Source: a bacterium (GTDB lineage Bacteria; SM23-31). Taken from it: DNA of 64,000 nucleotides. The notes below the pieces were generated by a model that searched no databases, was not told the origin of the DNA, and saw nothing but the letters and a program-made list of their open reading frames with translations. Shown piece by piece: positions 20,734 through 30,675 of this stretch (position 1 is the stretch's first letter; each line of letters opens with the position of its first letter). The stretch is from assembly GCA_965249485.1 (NCBI GenBank), contig OZ252239.1, forward strand, positions 2,688,001 to 2,752,000, given 5' to 3'. The position numbers and the translations under genes were made by a program.

Positions 20734-22981
20734 TTAAAGATTCACTTACAGAATCGAGAAGATTTAGTTGAGATTCGATCCTATCAGGATTTTTGAGCCG
20801 TTCGGAGAGATAAGTATAACGAAGTTCTGTTTTATTGTTTTTGACTGCAATATTGAATGCTTTATAAGTGCCAATAAAAATCATCAACTCTTTCGCACGG
20901 GTTATTGCGGTATAGATAAGATTTTTTTGCAGCATAATATAGTGCTGTGTTGTTATGGGCATAATTGCTGCCTTGTATTCACTTCCCTGGCTTTTGTGCA
21001 CTGTAATGGCATACGCGTGAACCAATTCATTAAGGTTTTTACTGGAATACGACACTATCTTTGAATCAAAATTTATTTCAAGCTCACTGTCTTCAAAATT
21101 AATCTGTGTAATATATCCTATATCACCATTATAAACATCTTTCGTGTAGTTATTGCGCACCTGCATCACTTTATCACCGACGGCAAAAGACCTGTCGCCT
21201 TTAATCAGGGATTTCCCTTCGGTTCCGAGTGTATTCTGAAGAAGAGAATTCAAGTTATTAGCACCAGTTGCTCCCTTGTACATAGAAGTTAGTACCTGGA
21301 CATCTCTGACAGGATTGTATCCATATTTTTCAGGCAGTCGTCGTTTAATCAGGTCAGAGATTTTGCCCGGAATCTGCTCAGGATCCTGCTCATCAATAAA
21401 AAAGAGGTTCTTATTTTTTGAATTGTCAATATAAGGGACTTCCCCGCTGTTGATTTTATGAGCTGCTACTACAATATCGCTTGTTTCCTCCTGTCTGAAT
21501 ATGAAATCCAATTCAATGGAGGGAATAGCCCCTGATTCGAGTATATCTCTCAATACATTACCCGGTCCAACCGAAGGAAGTTGATCAGCATCTCCAACCA
21601 ATATTATTCTTGATTGATTTGCAATTCCGCTCAAAAGTGCCGCCATGAGCGGTGTGTCGATCATAGATATTTCATCAACTATGACCACATCTGTCTTAAT
21701 AGGACTGCGCACATTTCTGCTGAATTTCCAACTTGCAGGATCGTAATCAAGAAACCGATGGATCGTTTGGGCAGGAATCTTACAGGTTTCTTCCATCCGT
21801 TTCGCAGCTCTTCCTGTCGGTGCAGCAAGGCGAACTTCTGCAGTAGCTTTTCTGAAAAGATGCAATAACGCTTTCACGATCGTAGTTTTACCTGTACCCG
21901 GCCCGCCAGTAACAACCACAATTTTGTGTTGAAACGCTTCCAGAAGAGCTTCTTTCTGACGTTTACTGTACACAATACCATTATTTTTTTCAATAGTACT
22001 GATCTCTTTGTCAACATCAAAATCCTTGAGCTGTAATGAGGGGGTATTAAGAATTGTATTGATACGAGAAACAACATTGTTTTCAACAGCAAATAAAAAT
22101 CTTATAAATACATTGCCATTTTCTTTAGCAATTTTATTTGTTTGTGAAAGATTTTCTATACCATTTTCGATCAACTGAAAATCGACCTGAAGATATTCAC
22201 TCGCTTTCTGAAACAGTTCTTCATGCGGAAGAAAAATATGTCCTTCCTCTGCTGCTTTTTTAAGGCTGTAAATAAGTGCGGCGCTTATTCTATCGGGTGA
22301 TGTCGGTTCAATGCCAATCTTTAGCGCTATATCATCAGCTTTTTTAAATCCGATGCCCTTTATGTCCTCAGCAAGTTTATGTGTATGATTTTTAAGCACA
22401 AAAAGAGAATTGCTTCTGTATCTACCGAATATCTTTTCAGCAAGATGGAGCGGCAAATCGTTTTCAGCAAGAAATATATTTATATGCTTCAGCTCTCTTT
22501 TTTTATTCCACGATACAGTTATTTCACGGACTTTCTTATCACCGATGCCCGGAATATCCTTCAGTCGTTCTGGTTGGTTCTCGATGACATCGATAGTTTC
22601 CTTGCCAAATTTTTCAACAATAAGATTTGCGTACTTTTCTCCAATTCCCTTAAACTTCCCTTTTGTCAGCAGGTTTTTTATACCTTGTACAGAAGTCGGA
22701 ACGATAAAATCGATATGTGATGCAGTAAATTGCCATCCCCATTGAGAATCTTTTTCCCATTTTCCATGAAACTCGCCAACCTCACCGACATCTATTGACG
22801 GAAAACTCCCCACAACCGTTAATTCTTTTGCCCCTGTTCTCACTGCATGTATCTGTGCAACCGTATAGCCATTCTCTTCATTACGAAAAGTGAGCCTGAG
22901 GACAGTTCCCTGGATTCTGGTTTCATCATCCGGTGGAGTCTCATTGCTGCGGAGTCGATTTTTATTGTACTGGTACATCAC
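20720..22981 (-). CDS. recD2: ATP-dependent RecD-like DNA helicase RecD2
   Basis: N-terminal FRNEENGYTV and HhH repeats, GGPGTGKTT, APTGRAAKR, DEISM, YAITVHKSQGSE, YTAITRAK. Confidence 0.95.
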   Translation of the reverse strand: MMYQYNKNRLRSNETPPDDETRIQGTVLRLTFRNEENGYTVAQIHAVRTGAKELTVVGSFPSIDVGEVGEFHGKWEKDSQWGWQFTASHIDFIVPTSVQGIKNLLTKGKFKGIGEKYANLIVEKFGKETIDVIENQPERLKDIPGIGDKKVREITVSWNKKRELKHINIFLAENDLPLHLAEKIFGRYRSNSLFVLKNHTHKLAEDIKGIGFKKADDIALKIGIEPTSPDRISAALIYSLKKAAEEGHIFLPHEELFQKASEYLQVDFQLIENGIENLSQTNKIAKENGNVFIRFLFAVENNVVSRINTILNTPSLQLKDFDVDKEISTIEKNNGIVYSKRQKEALLEAFQHKIVVVTGGPGTGKTTIVKALLHLFRKATAEVRLAAPTGRAAKRMEETCKIPAQTIHRFLDYDPASWKFSRNVRSPIKTDVVIVDEISMIDTPLMAALLSGIANQSRIILVGDADQLPSVGPGNVLRDILESGAIPSIELDFIFRQEETSDIVVAAHKINSGEVPYIDNSKNKNLFFIDEQDPEQIPGKISDLIKRRLPEKYGYNPVRDVQVLTSMYKGATGANNLNSLLQNTLGTEGKSLIKGDRSFAVGDKVMQVRNNYTKDVYNGDIGYITQINFEDSELEINFDSKIVSYSSKNLNELVHAYAITVHKSQGSEYKAAIMPITTQHYIMLQKNLIYTAITRAKELMIFIGTYKAFNIAVKNNKTELRYTYLSERLKNPDRIESQLNLLDSVSESLNEWY

Positions 22982-24717
22982 ATTCGTTCTAATGGTATTA
23001 TGCCAAGTTGACGCAGGCTGGTCCCAAGTACTTGACGAGCAATCCTGACAAGCCCTCCTCGTGCTGCGGTAAGAGTTTTATCATCCGGATTAAACACTAA
23101 ATGTTCGCGGTGAAATTTGTTTATCGCCCGCGCAGCATCAAATATCCACGCGGCAATACGTGCTGGATTAAGCGATTCGGCTGCATCTCGTATCACATCA
23201 GGATAAAGTGAAAGACACAATGCTAAATTGAGTTCTTCAGCATTTCCGAGCACAGTAAAATCGGTCACATTCTCGGATAGCAGATCCTTCCCTTTTCTTA
23301 ATATACTTGACAAACGGGCATACGAATACTGAGCAAACGGTCCTGTTGCACCATCAAAAGACAGAGATTCTTCAGGAACAAAGTGGATATCTTTCTGGGG
23401 ATTGGTTTTCAACATATAATACTTCAAAGCGCTGAGCGCAACTGCTTCAGAAGTATACTCAATTTCATCTTCCTCCATATCCCGCGTCCTGTCGAGTATT
23501 TCTTTTTTTGCAAGATGATGGAGTTCATCCAAAAGAGTGTCCGCATCGACAACATTGCCTTCCCGTGACTTCAGCTTGCCTTCAGGAAGATAGACCATTC
23601 CGTAATTCAAATGGTAACATTTTTCCGCCCATTCATATCCGAGTATCTTGAGTACATAAAACAAAATTTTAAAATGGAGATTTTGCTCTGAGGCAACGAC
23701 ATACACCGATTTGTCAACATTGAAATCATTAAATTTTTGAACAGCGGTACCAAGGTCCTGGGTAATATAAATTGACGTGCCGTCATTTCGTAAAAGAACT
23801 TTCTCATCAAGGTCTATCTCGCTCAAGTCGGCGACAATATCGCCAACATTGTTTTTTTTGAGAGAATTGTTTTCTAATCCCCGCAAGACAATTTCGCGAC
23901 CCTGTTGGTATGTGTCACTCTCATGGTATACCTTGTCGAATTTGCATCCCAGCCGCGTATACGTTTTATCAAAACCGCGGTATACCCAATCATTCATTTT
24001 TTTCCAGAGAGCTAAAATTTCTTCATCACCATTTTCCCATTTCTGGAGCATCTCCTGTGCTTCGTTCAGCAGATCGGGATTTTCTTTAGCCTTTTTTTCA
24101 AACATCACATAATAATCGCCTACGAAATGGTCCCCTTTCTTCCCAGATTTATCCGGAGAGTCTCCATTACCCCATTTGCTGTATGCAAGCATAGACTTAC
24201 ATATATGAATCCCCCGGTCATTTACGAGATTGACCCGGGCAACATTGTTTCCGGCAGCTTCAAGTACATTTGCAACCACCATCCCTAAAACATTGTTTCT
24301 TATATGGCCAAGATGCTGCGGTTTATTTGTATTCGGTGCGGAGTATTCGATTAATATATCTTGTTTCGGGAATGCCTGTAGTGTACCATATGAGTCTTTT
24401 TGCTCCATAATGGTGCTGTAAACCGCTTCAATAAATCCGGATGCATTGAGTTTTATATTAAGATATGGACCGGCAGCCTGAAACGAGTCAACAAAAGGCA
24501 CTAATAAGTTTTGATTCGCAAGGTCCTGTGCAATAGAAACCGGAGATTTTTTAAGTAACTTTGCTAAAGGAAAACAACCAAATCCTAGATTCCCGAATTC
24601 TGTGTCAGGGGTGGGTTCAAGCCTCATGTTTTTTTCATCAATTGAGACCGAATAAATATTTTTTATGGATTTTTGGAGTTCAGCTTCTATTTGATGTATC
24701 GGACTTAAAAATTCCAC
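22978..24717 (-). CDS. argS: Arginine--tRNA ligase
   Basis: EYSAPNTNKPQHLGHIRN (HIGH-like), KLKSREG, FDGATGPFAQYSYAR, C-terminal LERM. Confidence 0.96.
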   Translation of the reverse strand: MEFLSPIHQIEAELQKSIKNIYSVSIDEKNMRLEPTPDTEFGNLGFGCFPLAKLLKKSPVSIAQDLANQNLLVPFVDSFQAAGPYLNIKLNASGFIEAVYSTIMEQKDSYGTLQAFPKQDILIEYSAPNTNKPQHLGHIRNNVLGMVVANVLEAAGNNVARVNLVNDRGIHICKSMLAYSKWGNGDSPDKSGKKGDHFVGDYYVMFEKKAKENPDLLNEAQEMLQKWENGDEEILALWKKMNDWVYRGFDKTYTRLGCKFDKVYHESDTYQQGREIVLRGLENNSLKKNNVGDIVADLSEIDLDEKVLLRNDGTSIYITQDLGTAVQKFNDFNVDKSVYVVASEQNLHFKILFYVLKILGYEWAEKCYHLNYGMVYLPEGKLKSREGNVVDADTLLDELHHLAKKEILDRTRDMEEDEIEYTSEAVALSALKYYMLKTNPQKDIHFVPEESLSFDGATGPFAQYSYARLSSILRKGKDLLSENVTDFTVLGNAEELNLALCLSLYPDVIRDAAESLNPARIAAWIFDAARAINKFHREHLVFNPDDKTLTAARGGLVRIARQVLGTSLRQLGIIPLERM

Positions 24718-24783
24718 AAATACTCCTCTGTCATCATGATCTTTTCGGTGTATAAATTTACTCTTTTAAAAATGAATTGCAAT

Positions 24784-24811
24784 AAAAAACCCCGATGAAA
24801 CATCGGGGTTT
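24784..24811 (-). terminator. Rho-independent terminator after cstA
   Basis: Minus strand AAACCCCGATG-TTT-CATCGGGGTTTTTT. Confidence 0.8.
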
Positions 24812-24863
24812 ACCAATACACTCATACGATCATATATACCAAGTTAATCTACCGGTTTTGGCT

Positions 24864-26474
24864 CTAAGCTGAGATACGTTTAAAACCGAATCTCTTGTAA
24901 GCGAGCACTAGAAGCATAACTGCAACGACCAAAAGTCCAGTTCCGAATAAAGTCAATACATACTGTCCCTGCATAAATGTCCGTGCAATGAGAAAAACGA
25001 GCGCCGTTAACGTAACGGAAAACATAAAAATCATCGGTATGAAAGTAAAACCGAAACGAATACCTCGTCCTGCAAGCCAGATGGATGCTGCTAAAAGTGC
25101 AAGTGCTGCAAGAAGTTGATTTGCAGTGCCGAATAGGGGCCATAAAAGCTCCCATTTGCCTGAAAATGCTAATGCGGCACCAAGTCCAACCGTTACTGCT
25201 GTTCCCATAAATCTGTTTGAAAACAGGATACCAGCTTTCTGTTCTTTGCCTGGGCTAAAAAATTCCTGAAAACAGAACCTGCATAAACGTGTTGCCGTAT
25301 CAAGCGATGTTAATGCAAATGCCGAAACTGCAAGGGCGGCAAACGTTTTACCTGTTTCTTGTTGAATGCCGATGTGTGACAAAAATGTACCTATACCTTC
25401 TGAAAACAATACTACAGGCCCTTTTGCTATCAACTCACCGTATGCTGATTTTGTTATCACTGCGGCCGTCAGAATAGCTAATACAGCAAGACTGCACTCG
25501 ATCAGCATAGCACCAAAACTGATCAACTTCGCATCTTTTTCCGAATCAAGTTGTTTTGCGGTTGTTCCTGATGCAATGAGACTGTGAAAACCCGATACTG
25601 CCCCGCAGGCAACTGTTACAAATAGCAACGGGAATAACAATCCAAGGTCCTGATCAAAACTCGTATATGCTTCGAGATGGACAGTCGGGCGGGCAAATAA
25701 AATCCCGATAAATGCTCCGATCATCAGTGCATACAGCAGAAAAGAATTTAAATAATCTCTGGGTTGTAATAGGACCCATACGGGTGAAGTTGCTGCTATA
25801 AATATGTAGATAAGCATCAACACAAGCCACATCTCGAAGGATAATGAAACGGGAAATTTAAGACCAAGATAGATACATACAAAGAGAAGAACCACTCCTA
25901 ACAACGACGCAATTCCGAGCGAGACGTTCGATCTTCTCATAAACAGACCGAATAGGACTGCAAGTAAAATAAATAGAATTGATGAACTCCCTGCGCTCGG
26001 ATTGTCGACAAATGTTTTAGCAACAATGATTAGAAAAGCTGAAACAACCAGAAGAAGAGCAAAAAATGAAAATACCAGAAATAGCCGTTTGCCATCTTTG
26101 CCAATCCGCTCCTCAATAACTTCTCCAATAGACCGTCCTTGGTGGCGAATCGAAACCATGAGTGACGAAAAATCGTGTACAGCACCCATAAAGATTCCCC
26201 CAATGAGAATCCAAAGTATTACAGGAACCCACCCAAAAACGGCAGCAGTAATCGGTCCAATTATTGGCGAAGCTCCGGCAATTGACGCGAAATGATGACC
26301 GAGCAGAACCGGCTTTTTAGCGGGAACATAGTCGATGCCATCATAATGGGTATGTGCTGGTGTTTTTCTCGATGGATCTACCCCGAGTCTCTTTGAAACA
26401 AAATCACCATAATATCGATACCCAAGGAGAAGAACTATGATGGATACTACAACTATCCAAACTGCATTGAACAT
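24864..26474 (-). CDS. cstA: Carbon starvation protein A (peptide/pyruvate transporter family)
   Basis: TPAH...DGIDYVP, GHHFASIAGASPIIGP, ACGAVSGFHSL, LWPLFGTANQL. Confidence 0.93.
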   Translation of the reverse strand: MFNAVWIVVVSIIVLLLGYRYYGDFVSKRLGVDPSRKTPAHTHYDGIDYVPAKKPVLLGHHFASIAGASPIIGPITAAVFGWVPVILWILIGGIFMGAVHDFSSLMVSIRHQGRSIGEVIEERIGKDGKRLFLVFSFFALLLVVSAFLIIVAKTFVDNPSAGSSSILFILLAVLFGLFMRRSNVSLGIASLLGVVLLFVCIYLGLKFPVSLSFEMWLVLMLIYIFIAATSPVWVLLQPRDYLNSFLLYALMIGAFIGILFARPTVHLEAYTSFDQDLGLLFPLLFVTVACGAVSGFHSLIASGTTAKQLDSEKDAKLISFGAMLIECSLAVLAILTAAVITKSAYGELIAKGPVVLFSEGIGTFLSHIGIQQETGKTFAALAVSAFALTSLDTATRLCRFCFQEFFSPGKEQKAGILFSNRFMGTAVTVGLGAALAFSGKWELLWPLFGTANQLLAALALLAASIWLAGRGIRFGFTFIPMIFMFSVTLTALVFLIARTFMQGQYVLTLFGTGLLVVAVMLLVLAYKRFGFKRISA

Positions 26475-26538
26475 TTATATTCCTTACATGTTGGTCATTT
26501 TATTCTGTTATATTAACTTTTTACGGCAAAGGAAGACT

Positions 26539-26871
26539 TTATCCTTCAGTAACATTATTTTCCATCCATTGCAGATATTTTGCATTTCCGCCCTGTATTT
26601 CTACACTGATTATTTCAGGTACTTTATAGCTGTGAAGCGACAGCACAGTCTTAACAATTGATGACTCTGCAGATTTCAGTGATTTAATCATGAGAAGTAC
26701 TTCTCCGTCTTCGGATATTGTATCATCCCACCAATATATGGACTGTATTGCTGGCATAATACTACAGCATGCTGCCAGCCGTTTTTTAACTAATTCTTTT
26801 CCGATTTTCGCAGCTTCATCAGTCGAGCTTGTCGTAACATACACGATTATTTTACCACTATTTTTTGTCAT
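26539..26871 (-). CDS. cutA: Divalent-cation tolerance protein CutA
   Basis: RLAAC, SIYWW, HSYKVPEII. Confidence 0.93.
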   Translation of the reverse strand: MTKNSGKIIVYVTTSSTDEAAKIGKELVKKRLAACCSIMPAIQSIYWWDDTISEDGEVLLMIKSLKSAESSIVKTVLSLHSYKVPEIISVEIQGGNAKYLQWMENNVTEG

Positions 26872-26885
26872 GGATATCCCTATAT

Positions 26886-28589
26886 TTACAATCCTGATGC
26901 CGCGCTTGAAAAACTTCGAGGGTCCGCTCCTCCGGTGAAGACACCACGTTCCGCATGATAAAGAATTCCCTGGGCATCTCCTATTGAACTTTTTTCAAAT
27001 GTATGTCCTAGTGTCTTTAATTGCTCGAACGTAGCATCGTCAAATGCACTTTCTTCATAACGAATGACATCGGGATACCATTGATGATGAAACCGGGGTG
27101 CAGCAACCGCTTCCTGGATTGTCATTCCATGATCGATTACATTGATAATACATTGAAGTACGGTTGTGATGATGGTCGGTCCCCCGGGGGTACCGATCAC
27201 CATAAATACTTCGCCATCCTTGGTGACAATCGTCGGTGTCATTGAACTCAACATTCGTTTATGCGGTTCAATAGCATTGGCATCTCCGCCCAGCAATCCG
27301 TACATATTGGGTGCGCCCGGTTTTGAGCTGAAATCGTCCATCTCATTATTGAGTAAAAATCCTGCCCCTTCAACAACTAACAGGCTGCCATAGCTTCCGT
27401 TTAAGGTGGTTGTAACGGAAACAGCCATGCCATTTTTGTCAATCACTGAAAAATGGGTCGTTTCCTCGCTTTCGGCACCGATCACTGCAATATCTCCCGA
27501 TGTGATAGATGTGCTTGGTGACTTTTTGAAAGGGTCTATTGATGCCGCACGGAGATTAGCATAGTCTTTTGATATAAGTGTCGCAATTGGGACGTCGATA
27601 AAATCAGCATCACCATGGTATTCTGCTCTATCGGCAAAAACCCTCCGTTCAGCCTCAACCATTAAATGAGTTGATTCAGCATTGTTATATCCGAGTGACG
27701 CAATATCATACCGTTCAAGAATGTTCAACAACTCAATAAGACTAACTCCTCCTGAACTTGGTGAGCCCATGGAGATTATGCCATATCCACGGTAATTCCC
27801 CTCAACAGGGATTCTTTCAATTGCCCTGTAAGACTCTAAATCATCATGGTTGATTAAACCGTTGTATTTTTCCATTGAAGAAATGATTAAATCTGCTACG
27901 GGTCCTTTGTAAAAACCGTCATGTCCCTGCTCAGCAATAGCCTTTAACGTTACCGCAAGATCTTCCTGGACAAACAACTCACCAGGTTGATAAGGTACAT
28001 TATCAGGCTTATTAAAAATGCTATTTGTTGATGAATACTGTTGAAATTCTTCTCCTCCAATCTCTCTGTCGAGGATCCACCCTTTTTCGGCAAGATCAAC
28101 TGCCGGCTGCATAACATCATTTCTGTTCATTGTACCGTACTTTTCAAGCGCTAAGAGCGTTCTGGCTACCGTTCCTGGAACTCCAACGGATAAGGCTCCC
28201 AGTGTGCTGAGTTCTGGAATAATTTCTCCATTTGAATCAAGATACATATTGCGATGAGCACGCCCAGGAGCTTTTTCACGGTAATCGATTGTCGTTGCGC
28301 TGCCATCAGGTAAACGGATAACCATAAAGCCACCACCGCCAATATTTCCTGCTCGCGGATAGGTTACTGAAAGGGCGTATGATACAGCTACCGCAGCATC
28401 GACAGCATTGCCACCTTGCTTTAATATTTTTGCACCTACATCAGAGGCAATCTTTTGAGTACTGACAACAACGCCATTCCGAAATGATCCGGATGAGTTA
28501 GTATTCGTTTCACATGAAATGAAAAAAATGAATATCAGAATTGAGTGGAGTAGTACAGAAGGTTTTTTTCTATGCAGAATTGTGTACAT
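26886..28589 (-). CDS. ggt: Gamma-glutamyltransferase (lipoprotein)
   Basis: GGNAVDAAVA, IDYREKAP, ETTHFSVID autocleavage site, KRMLSSMTP, GTPGG; lipobox FISC. Confidence 0.95.
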   Translation of the reverse strand: MYTILHRKKPSVLLHSILIFIFFISCETNTNSSGSFRNGVVVSTQKIASDVGAKILKQGGNAVDAAVAVSYALSVTYPRAGNIGGGGFMVIRLPDGSATTIDYREKAPGRAHRNMYLDSNGEIIPELSTLGALSVGVPGTVARTLLALEKYGTMNRNDVMQPAVDLAEKGWILDREIGGEEFQQYSSTNSIFNKPDNVPYQPGELFVQEDLAVTLKAIAEQGHDGFYKGPVADLIISSMEKYNGLINHDDLESYRAIERIPVEGNYRGYGIISMGSPSSGGVSLIELLNILERYDIASLGYNNAESTHLMVEAERRVFADRAEYHGDADFIDVPIATLISKDYANLRAASIDPFKKSPSTSITSGDIAVIGAESEETTHFSVIDKNGMAVSVTTTLNGSYGSLLVVEGAGFLLNNEMDDFSSKPGAPNMYGLLGGDANAIEPHKRMLSSMTPTIVTKDGEVFMVIGTPGGPTIITTVLQCIINVIDHGMTIQEAVAAPRFHHQWYPDVIRYEESAFDDATFEQLKTLGHTFEKSSIGDAQGILYHAERGVFTGGADPRSFSSAASGL

Positions 28590-28780
28590 AGATATTGTTC
28601 AGATTTCAATGTAATGAGTAGTATGTCTATATAATGACCTATAAAAACCGTCATCAGTATAGTGAAACGGAGATACAAATGCAATGAAATTAAAAGTTAG
28701 GAAAGTAGTTTATATGTATGGTTAGGATATAAGTTCTTGGTATAATATTAAGAATGTAAGATTTCTTTCACATAAATTCT

Positions 28781-30604
28781 TTAATCATCGTCATCATCCT
28801 CAAAGCTTCCTATTTCTTCTTCCACTTCTTCTTCTACTTCTTCCGTTTCTTCCTCAATACCGTCTTCTTCCAAATCTTCATCATCACTTTCTTCCTCGTC
28901 ATCTCCGGAGGCACCGCCATCCATCTTCTTCTTCAGAATAAAGAAATACAATCCTCCAGCAACAGCCAGAAGAACTAATATAATGGTAATGATCCCAAAT
29001 ATGCTGGTAAAAAATGAACCCTCTTCTACATCTTCCTCACCACTTTCTATTGTCACACCAGGTCCTGTCTGCATCGCTTTCTGTTGAGCTGCAACTGTAT
29101 CACTCGGCTGTGCAAGGCTCATTAAGCCGGTACTGTCCACATCTAATGTAACCATAAGACGGTTGCCGACAAGTTGAAACTCAACTCCAACATCATCAGA
29201 ATAATCGAGCCTGAGGTGATTTGTTTTAGAACCAGGATATTCCAACCTCTCTATAGATGCCTGTGAAGGAGGCAACTCAAATCCTTCTAATGCAAATCCT
29301 TCATTCATCATCATCATTTTGATTGATTCGAGAGATTCATTTGTCCTGCGTGACAACTCTCGCTGCGACATGAGTTCTCGGTCTATCCGGTCAAGTTTGT
29401 CGAGAGCATTCCGGACAATATACATTTCCGACTGGAGTTGATTTACTTGAGAAGTCAGATCCTGAGCTGCCTCTAGAATATCTCTCCTTTGTGAACTATA
29501 TACCTGCTGGGCATTTTCTGACGTTATCACCTGTTCCATAGAGGCTATAGTGCCTTCAGCTAATCCAATGAAATCGTTTGGTAAAATATCGGTGTCGGCT
29601 GATGCTACAAACGCTTTTCCGAGTTTACCGATTGATTCACGAAGCGTGGCTGTCCCAATCTGAATGAGCGGATCGTCAACAATGACCCCTTTACTTTCTG
29701 GGTGAGGTATTTCAATACGTCTGAAAATGCTAAACACTCTCCCTACGGGCATTTCATAATCCGCACGCCAAATAAAGAATAGATCCCTTTCTGAAACACG
29801 GGTGACAGTGCCAACTATATTCTCTGGTGGCCCAACCTGTACCGGCTCAGACGCTGATACATTAAAAGAAGACTGTTGAGAGCGATCGAACTGTGGTTCA
29901 GAAACTCTCTGTTGCGAAAACGTCTCAAGATCGCTTGGCTGAAGCAATGAAAGCTCAACTTTGTCACCAGGAACAATATCTCGCTCTTGGGCAATCATTT
30001 GACCTATTGAGTACTCATCCTGCACATCTGTCACAACAAGTCTGCCAATATAAGCTCTTCTCGGATCAACCGGTGCACCAGTAACCGGATGATACGTAAC
30101 TCCCTCATCCCGGAAAATGTCAAAGTAGATATTTCTCTCGACACCATCAAATCTTCCCATATTAAAAGTCAACAGAGTGTTATCAACATTAGTTATAATC
30201 CCGCGTTCAGGAGCTTGAACTATGCTTCCTGAAAGAACCATTTCATCATATGAAACTTTGAGTTTATCACCAATCTGGAAGAGTTCAGAATAATCGAGTG
30301 TCGATGCTGTAGAAGAATTTTGCTGGCTCTCAATTATTTCTATTTTTCCAATATGTTTTTCATTACTGCCAAGACGTTCTCCTGTAGCCATATGGATCAC
30401 ATTTTCCTCACGAAAAACGTCTAGAACAATACCGCTTTCCATACCATCGACCGTCCCCCAATTCATATGTATTATTCCATTGCCTAATGATGTTATCATT
30501 CCGTTGTTCTGTGCATTACCAGACACCGGAACTATCAACATCAATATAAAAGCAATTTCAACCAATGTCAGAAGTCGACTATATGATATAATTGTTTTTT
30601 TCAT
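28781..30604 (-). CDS. Hypothetical membrane-anchored protein: signal peptide, three FlgT C-terminal-like repeats, coiled coil, C-terminal TM helix, acidic tail
   Basis: Likely start MKKTII at 30604; three ~85-aa repeats seen by eye; TM IFGIITIILVLLAVAGGLYFFIL followed by KKK and a D/E-rich tail. Confidence 0.75.
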   Translation of the reverse strand: MKKTIISYSRLLTLVEIAFILMLIVPVSGNAQNNGMITSLGNGIIHMNWGTVDGMESGIVLDVFREENVIHMATGERLGSNEKHIGKIEIIESQQNSSTASTLDYSELFQIGDKLKVSYDEMVLSGSIVQAPERGIITNVDNTLLTFNMGRFDGVERNIYFDIFRDEGVTYHPVTGAPVDPRRAYIGRLVVTDVQDEYSIGQMIAQERDIVPGDKVELSLLQPSDLETFSQQRVSEPQFDRSQQSSFNVSASEPVQVGPPENIVGTVTRVSERDLFFIWRADYEMPVGRVFSIFRRIEIPHPESKGVIVDDPLIQIGTATLRESIGKLGKAFVASADTDILPNDFIGLAEGTIASMEQVITSENAQQVYSSQRRDILEAAQDLTSQVNQLQSEMYIVRNALDKLDRIDRELMSQRELSRRTNESLESIKMMMMNEGFALEGFELPPSQASIERLEYPGSKTNHLRLDYSDDVGVEFQLVGNRLMVTLDVDSTGLMSLAQPSDTVAAQQKAMQTGPGVTIESGEEDVEEGSFFTSIFGIITIILVLLAVAGGLYFFILKKKMDGGASGDDEEESDDEDLEEDGIEEETEEVEEEVEEEIGSFEDDDDD

Positions 30605-30675
30605 AGAATTCTTTTTTGAGAGTTCTATAATTGCACCAAATTGCTTAACAAAAGTTCCTTTTATATTCATAATTC

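Noticed and set aside
28781..28910. TCT/TCA/TCC-rich stretch as a tandem repeat or array
   Set aside because: It is the coding sequence of the Asp/Glu tail; no fixed repeat unit or spacers.
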